DNA of 64,000 nucleotides from Selaginella moellendorffii (Eukaryota; Plantae; Lycopodiophyta): NCBI RefSeq assembly GCF_000143415.4, contig NW_003314279.1, positions 1,288,091 to 1,352,090 of the forward strand, read 5' to 3'. Shown piece by piece: positions 56,407 to 64,000 of this stretch (position 1 is its first letter; each line of letters starts with the position of its first letter). The notes under the pieces were generated by a model. It saw only the letters and a program-made list of their open reading frames with translations, ran no database searches and was not told where the DNA came from. The position numbers and the translations under genes were made by a program.

Positions 56407-58619
56407 CAACGAGGACGTTGTGAAGCTCTTTATAGTTTTGATGTTCTAGTTTTATTGCTCTGACTGCTCATCTGAGAACCTTTCCATTAGTCAGTGAACG
56501 AAGAGCAACCATTCTAAGGTGCTTGCTCGGATTAATGAGGCTGGGGCGAGAAAAAAGCAAAGCGTACAGCCTCGTAGTTAAGTCACTAGTGCCAGGATCA
56601 TCAAGAACACGAATGTGAGGATTTACTACCCTTCCGAAGCCATATTGTGGAGAGACCATGTAAATATTTATATGGTGAAAATACAAAGTGGTAGTAACAG
56701 AATGTGTAACTACCTCAGAGTTTTAAGAGCCCAGGCTACTGGCACTTGGGGGGGTGGGCTTGGTGAGAGCAAGTCCTTCTACTTGCTTTTTCTTGTGTTT
56801 CCTTTTTACTTTTTCTCACAACAGTGTTGACAGAGTGCATGATGTTGGGGTAGTCGTGGGTTTCTTGTGCACAATTGAGTCTGGCACAATCCCTTGGCAC
56901 TTGTTAAGGATATGCATAGTATTTTAAGTGAGATTCTCGAAAGAGCTTCTAAATTGTGTTTCTCTCATATAAGTCCCAACACATCCACTAGCCAACCATG
57001 CTAGACAGTAAGTGTTTCAATTGCTTGATGTTGATTTTCTTGCATCTTCTTCTGCAATTGGTCATTCACATGTTGGAGAGTGGCTTGTGAGCAATGAAAA
57101 GTTCCAGAATAAAAAACCACAAAAGGGAAAAACTTACTTGACACTCTACCCAAACTGAAGTAGGAAACAAAGCAAAAAAGAGAAAGGGAATAAGAAAGAA
57201 ATATGAAACCAAAATGAGGACAATTACTTACCTAGAATTCCACCTCAAGGTCTCTTCACCTCTAGAAAGTTCCTCAACAGTTGCCTGGTTGGACTCAGTC
57301 CAAAGGACATAGGTAGAGTAAATGTGTTGCCCATAAATGGTAATTGTAGAGCAATGAAAGATGGCAGCTGAATGAATGGATTATGAGTAAATGTGATAGC
57401 TAATTGTGACGTAGTGGTAGTGGAAGAGATTTGGGAGCCTCTGAAAATTGTTGAAGTGGTCTACAGCTTATGTGCTTATTGTGGGAGAAGAAAAAGCCCA
57501 GTCTTTATCAGTGTCTGTATGGATAATTGTTTGTGCTGAAGGAGCTAATCGGGAAGGGGAATAAACATCTGCCCATAATAGTGTATGGTCTTCTATGTGC
57601 ATTAGGTTCAACTGACCTCAGCTGCTAAGTGTCTTGGATTTTCTCAAATCCACTGAATTAAGATAGTCACCTTTATATCTTGAGTTTGGCATATTATATT
57701 TGGCTGCTTCATGGTTAGTTTTCTGCATTTATTGATGCTAAACGAGGTCCCCAAATTCATGTGCAAATGGTGAGAAAAGTGGTTGGAAAGTGAAACTGTA
57801 GTGAGTAAGAAACAGTGTTGAAGTAAAGGGATGAATGGATGATGACTGTGAGTGATGGAGAATGGTGGTGGTAATGTGTGGAATGCAGTAATGTAGTGAA
57901 CCTTGAGAAATAAACTGGAAAATGCTCAAGCTTCTAGGTAAGAGGGGTTGATGCAACCTTGAATTGAAAATCCATGCTTCTACTTGCTCTATCATGGGAT
58001 TATAAGAGAAGAAAAGAGGTAAAAGCAAAGACAAGGAAAAATTCACTACAAGTTGGTGGTGATGCTGGGAGCCACTTGGTGTAGTTGGGTGGAGAGAATC
58101 CTAAAAAAGTCCAAAGATGCTAATAAAGCTAGTTATGTTGCCCTCTAGAGCCAAACATCATATAGTAGAGTGAAGGAGGGCAATAGTGGTCTCACAACAA
58201 AAGCTAGAACTTTATTGTGTGTTGCAAGCTAGAGAGCTCCTATGTGTTGGGAAGAACTACCTCCAAAGTTTGAAAGGCTACTTAAGTAGATTGTGAAGAT
58301 TTGGTGGATTAGTGAAGTGTTGGTGTTATAGAAGATGCTGTAATTGTTGCAAATGATGCCATGGTTAGCATCTAGTGGATATGGTAAACTATTACATAAT
58401 AATAGGGGTTTCCGACACTAGCAAGTGCAAATTAGGAAACAAATTCCTCTAATTAGGTAAAATATGCATGACTAATAATATTTAGGAATTTTATCCTTAT
58501 GCTTATTTAATCAAGTGTATATTGGGTGGAAATTATAAAAGGAACCATAAAAGAGTATTAATCTCCTGCCATTATGGTAGTAAGGAGAGAGTGTTTATAA
58601 AAACTAATTGACAAATATC

Positions 58620-61467
58620 TTTTGATACCCAAAGTCACATTTGTGATAGTTTCCCCCCTTTAGGGAAGATCAATATTTTTATGGAAACAATTTCAAAAGT
58701 TAATAGAAAACACACTTTGTGAGAAACATACTAACTTAAATGAGTGGGAGAAGTACTTTTTCTCTACATCCAAAAACACTAAAACTCAAACACTCTCTGA
58801 TCGTCACTGATAAAGAAATAACCACCCTTACTACTTAGGGTACCACTTCGCTTACAAAAGAATGATACAACCCTATAGGGATATAAAGAGAAACCTAGAG
58901 ACCCAATTCCCCTGAGAATAAATTAACCCTATTGAGAAGATTTAGATAACTATTATAAACTAATAGATAAAGTTGTTTATATGACCATGCCCCTTTCTTA
59001 AAAATGGGTCAACAAGAGAGAGGCAAGGACTTGTGATCAATCTATAATAATTATCTCCATGGTTGTGAATTAAACCCATGCATTGAGTCAACCTACTAAA
59101 ATTGACCTAAAACTGACAAACAAAAGAAACTTTGGATTAAAGTGTATTAGTTTATTGATTTGTTATAATTTTTTAATTTTTAGTACAATTCTCATACTTT
59201 ATAACAAGCTCACAGGCATATGTAAGATTACTAAGAGGTTCCTATATTAATTCACAAGATGGGTAAGCTTTCCATTTAATTAAATATTCTTTGGTGTGAC
59301 CACCACATCTTTGACAACATAACAAAATGCTTTCAACTTCATACATTTGGTTGTAGACAAATCTCCCCTTGGCATGCAACATCCATAGTGTACAAAGTTA
59401 ATAAATTGGCATGAAATACATTATGAATATTGAAGGAAAATCTAATTGATAGGATACATCACCAACCTACTTTAACACCCAATAGAAACTAATATATTTT
59501 AGTAATAACTTTTGGGACAAAGATCCCTTAGCATTCAAGTTTTACGAGGATAACCAAATTTAGTTCCCATATGATAGGTTACATCCCAATAATGTTAATT
59601 TTTATCATATTAATACCTACCATAAGCTTTACCTATCACCTTAGATACCTTGGCATAACTACTCTACATAAGTTTCAATGGCTAAGACCAATATTTTGGA
59701 CATTAATTTCAATATAACAATTTGTTAAGGAACCCCATGAATATTCCCTTGCAATATCTCTCATGGAAAACAACCAATAGTATTGTGAAATATATTGTTA
59801 TAATAGATTCTATTGTGTCGAAATGCCCAACCTAATCGTATTGGTTCACCACAATATAGTACTATAAATAATTCTCAAGCTAAGCATTTATATGTTTGGT
59901 TTACCCATCTATTTGAGGATGATAAACTGTATTGAATTTCAGCTTGGTACCAAATAACTAGAATAGTGTGCCCCAAAACTTTCCCTTAAATCTTAAATCT
60001 TTATTTGAGATAATCTCTTTGGGAAGATTATAAACCAATACTACTTCATGGAAAAAGAGTTTGGTTGTTTGCTTTGCATTCATTGTTTCCACAGTTGGAA
60101 TGAAGTGCGTAATCTTTGACAATCGATTCATAACCACTATCAAAGTGTTATAACTTTTAGACTTTAGCAAGCAAGTGACAAAGTTGAATGTCACACTCTA
60201 AAATGACCATATTGGTGCTAGAATACATTACAACTTCCCAACCTACTTTTCAATTCTTCACTTATACTACTGATAATTAGGGCAATAATGAATATAATCT
60301 GTTATATCATCTTCCATACTAGACTAAAAAAATCCCTTTTTCAATGAAGCAAGAGTCTTTTATTTATTGCCATGTCTTGTTGCTGGAACATTATAATGTC
60401 CCTCAGAAACAATAATTGCAAGATACAATCTTTCTTGCCTATAATATTTAAGCTTATCCTTAATTGAGAAGTAAAGTTTTGCATTGGTATGACTAACAAC
60501 TTTCGCTGTATCACTATTAAGGTTCTACTTCAACAACTCTACATAGTGCAATATCACCTTTGCCAACAGATCACTTCCATATGAAGCTAGAACATCCTCT
60601 AACAAGTCTAAATTGATTGTTAATATTGCCCAAAACTAAGCCTAATGACTCAATAGATCCGGAATAATATTGTTTGTATCAGGTTTCTAGATGATTTCAA
60701 TATCAAATCTAATGAGCTTCTTTTGTCAACGAACTTGCTTTTGCATAAGTATTGGTTGTATTGCAAAGTAGCTCAATGTGTTACTATCCCTATAAACCTT
60801 TGTATATCCATCCAAATAATGTCTTCAATGTTCCAATGCCAACACTACAATAAGCATTTTTTATCTCATGTATAGGCCATCTTCATTGGGTTTCATCCAA
60901 TTTCTTAAAGTAAAATGCAATGAGACAATCACTTTAGTGTAACACCACTTGCATTGTCACAATTTTGCTATAACATAGCACCTATAGCATAGTTAGATGC
61001 ATCAAAATGCACTTCAAAGGGTTAATCAAGATCTAAGATCATGAGAATATGAACCATGGTCAAGATCTCCTTCAACTGTACAAAAGCACACTAACAAATT
61101 GGTGTCCAATAAAACATTATACTACCCTTCATTAACTTAATCAATAGAAAAACAAAATTGTAAAAATTGCAATAAAATTTTGATAATATCCTGCCAAATC
61201 AAGAAAAGAATGAACATTTGATATAGTGGTCAGGACTTCCCAAAACTTCACTTCTTCCAACTTTTTTAGATTCACCTCGATTACACCACTACTAATTATA
61301 TGCCCGAAAAAATTCACATGCAATTGACTAAATACACATTTACTCTTCTTAGCATATAGTTTGTCTTTTTAATAACTTCTAAAATACTAACTCCAAGTGT
61401 TTTTTGTTCCAATGTTTCATTGAAGACTAGAATATCATCAATATAACAACAAATATATCTAAATAAT
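58620..61467 (-). mobile_element. Decayed Ty3/gypsy chromovirus-type LTR retrotransposon (RT, RNase H, integrase, chromodomain), cut at its 5' side
   Basis: YIDDILVF at about 61440; FFGHIISSGVIEV...VHSFLDLAGYYQNFI; DASNYAIGAML at about 60990; integrase FVTCLLKSKSYNTLIVVMNRLSKITHFIPT; chromodomain KEYLIKWKAYPSCELI*EPLSNL at about 59230-59295; purine tract AAGAAAGGGG at about 58990. The lower boundary is approximate. Confidence 0.82.
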
Positions 61468-61699
61468 TGTGAGACATAAATCCCTATGCCCCAAAGTAGA
61501 GCCGAAAGGGTGTTATATGGTAGTGGTTGAAGAAAAAATTCAACAAGCATAACACGCTTGGATCAAAAGCTCCGACTAAGAAAGTCAAGAGAGGGAGTGG
61601 AACTCCTAAAGAAGGGCTTAAGGAACAAGTACAAAACAATTAGTGAACAAGTCTCTAGAAAAGGACACAAATATGGCAAGTGTTATGATATGAAGAAGT

Positions 61700-62040
61700 G
61701 TCAAGATTGACTTCAAGGAGGAGTTTGAGAAAAAGGCCGAGATGGAGTCTAAGATGGAGTTTGAGAAGGAGTTCAAGAAGGAGTATAAGAAAGAGGCCGA
61801 GATGGAGTTTAAGATAGAGTCTGAGAAGGAGTTCAAGGAGTCTGAGATGGAATTCAAGATGGAATCTAAGGAGTCTAAAATAGAATCTGAGATGGAGTCA
61901 AAGAGTCTAAAAATGAGTCTAAGATAGAGTCCAACATAGAATTCAAGAAGGAGTCTGAGATGGAATCCAAGATGGAGTCCGAAATGGGGACCGAGACTGG
62001 GACTGAGACTGCAACCGAGACCAAGTCTAAGTCCGAGGGT
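61700..62040 (+). repeat. Degenerate 12-bp-period minisatellite (GAGATGGAGTCT / AAGAAGGAGTTC-like), ending in 6-bp GAGACY/GGGACY units
   Basis: About 25 imperfect units. Produces the low-complexity ORFs KMEFEKEFKKE (+) and SISDSLNSFS (-). Confidence 0.8.
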
Positions 62041-62201
62041 GAAAGCCCAAAGTAATCGTCTCCTAGACGTTGAGTGGTTTGGTGAGCTCCAAAAGGATAG
62101 TAAGAGGAAAACTCTAGTGGAACTAGTTTGGTGAAGAAAGGTCAGTGTGACTAAGGAAAGTGTAAGTAACTAATTTTTCCATTCTACTTTAGTTACTTAA
62201 C

Positions 62202-62263
62202 CACAACTTTGACCATATGGAGGAATTTCACTCACAACTTTGACCATATGGAGGAATTTCACT
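62202..62263 (+). repeat. Perfect 31-bp tandem duplication
   Basis: CACAACTTTGACCATATGGAGGAATTTCACT occurs twice (62202-62232, 62233-62263). Confidence 0.9.
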
Positions 62264-64000
62264 CTCAACCTCCATAATTTTTATTCTAGATTTGGGGACT
62301 TGCTAGCCCCAAGAATGGCATTTATGCCATTCAACTTTTGCATTTGGTTCAAATGCTCCACATGTCTGATCCTATAACCGACACCCAAAGGTACCACCAA
62401 TATATTAATCTGTTATGCTAAGGCCATGCTCATTCAATTTTGTTACACTAGTGCTCCAACACCATTTGTATCATAGTCCCATCTTTTAAAAATTGGGCCA
62501 TCTGTCAACGAGTGATCATCCTAGATCCACTCTTTAGCATCCTTAGAATGCCCACAAACATGGGGAGTAACATTCCCCAATATCCCTTTTCCAATCCCTA
62601 CCAAATCCCTTTCTGTCCACGGCTGTATTCGTCAACATTGTCAGTAGGTCAAGACCCATATACTTAACCACTATGTCTCAATAACTTCTAGGACTTCCTT
62701 GCTATATAACCACATCCTTGGTCACCACACAAGTGGATTGCTTTTCTTCCTTTCCATAGTTTGGGACTCTGGGATGACATTTCGAAACACCACAACCCTA
62801 CGTGAGCCTTGTGGGTACTCTTCCCATCATCTGCTTTTGGGTACCCTAGTTAGGTGGCTAGAGCAAGGTTCTAATAAGCCATGCCAAGTATCTAAGTAAG
62901 TAGTGCCACTCACAATTGGATTGAGAGCATTGACTATTCGATCTCTTAGGGAGCTAGAGCCAGCTCTTGAACACTTCACTAAGCTACTTCACTTATCTAT
63001 CCGTATTCACTTTAGTATTGGACTTTCCAGTGGTTATATTATCACCTAACATGTGGGTATAGCCTTCTTAGGCCACACTAGCCTTTTCTAACCAAATTGG
63101 CTCCCCCCCCACACTCTTTAGTATACTTTTGGAACCCCCTCCCCCTCCATATGCCATGTGTCATATGCCACGTGTCCAAAGGATAGTGGTGTGGAACCCG
63201 AGTTTTAAGCCCTTAGGCCATTGAATGAAGGAACAGAGCCAAACTCTTAGTATAGAGCCAAAGAGTAATTGCATTGGAGCAGGGAATGACTCCCGAGTGT
63301 ACAGCCTAAAAGGGACAGGAGCATGGAGCAATTTGGAACAATCCTAGAGTATCTAACATCTTAATGCTAGGATCAACACGCAAAAAGAAGTTAAATGGAG
63401 TCTAATGTTATTTCAGCATACCAGTAGCCTAAAGCGAGGACATGGGTACTCCACCAACTAGCATGGTATGGAGCTTAAGCTTAAACCCAAGTTAGATGCA
63501 AAACAAGAACAAGCATGCAACCATGAGCTAGACTATACCTTAGGTTAGTTAGCCATGCCCAACTTACCCACTATCCCTACTATACATTTGAACTTCCCCA
63601 CCACCCCCCCTTTTGAGGAACACACACTTTGGGCTTTCACCCCAAGCCTCCTTTAGTACTAGGAGTTAGTCTCTAGGATAAGCTCTAAACTTACTAAATA
63701 TAAAATATCCTTAGATTGCGAATTTGGACATGGGACGAATACTATTGTGTTCATCTCCACATTCCGTAAATATGCCAAATAAATAAATCTAGACACTTTC
63801 CATAAATAGCATTTAGGACTGAAATGAGACTAAAATAAAGGGCATGATAGCAAGAGTGTTTAGCAGACACGGTAAACTATCATGTAGCAATATTAAGAGA
63901 CTAGTCTCAATATATGAGGGTTTTTGTCAAGCTAGTGCAAGATAGAGTATTGTAGCGCACCTTATCTCTCTCCCCTTAAGCCAACTGGAAAAGGGGCAAT

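Larger units (their letters stand above)
61468..64000. mobile_element. Probable second repeat element nested in the gypsy RT, running off the window
   Basis: RT homology stops abruptly at a TGTGAGACA... junction (LTR-like TG start). What follows is CpG-poor, non-genic and contains internal tandem repeats. No diagnostic protein motif was recognised. Confidence 0.4.

Noticed and set aside
56800-58450. Possible retroelement remnant (minus-strand LPMSFGLSP resembling an RT motif)
   Set aside because: A single short motif with no adjacent YxDD or consistent frame.
61618-61927. Low-complexity ORFs on both strands
   Set aside because: By-products of the 12-bp minisatellite and interrupted by stops.

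Overview
Eukaryotic nuclear DNA from a land plant with flagellate sperm, most likely the lycophyte Selaginella. This is inferred from 45-70 nt GT-AG introns, very compact intergenic spacing, PLS-class PPR genes built from 31-aa repeats, and axonemal genes. Two GC-rich gene-dense blocks alternate with AT-rich, CpG-depleted transposon-derived blocks. Block 1 (1-14 kb) holds an RGP/UAM-like gene, a plastid-type DnaJ, a P-class PPR, tRNA-Ser(AGA), a DUF455 gene with an in-frame stop, three PLS PPRs and a purple acid phosphatase. Block 2 (32-56.4 kb) holds head-to-head CFAP20/BUG22 and RIB72/EFHC1, a membrane protein, PPT, three more PLS PPRs, an LRR protein, GT77, an NLP and a SWAP protein. The accessory block at about 14.4-31.8 kb is the most unusual part. 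It contains an intronless secreted KP4 killer-toxin-like gene with a single -1 frameshift (candidate fungal horizontal transfer) and an intact CpG-free, very AT-rich secreted bulb-lectin gene. It also contains a PPR pseudogene and a multi-alpha-crystallin-domain gene interrupted at a splice donor by a complete PIF/Harbinger element (TIRs, TAA TSD, an apparent third ORF, a clean 633-bp internal inversion). Decayed Ty3/gypsy sequence occupies about 27-29 kb and 58.6-64 kb. All family calls come from manual motif recognition and no database searches were run. Spliced gene coordinates give the outer span, and exon structures are manual predictions.
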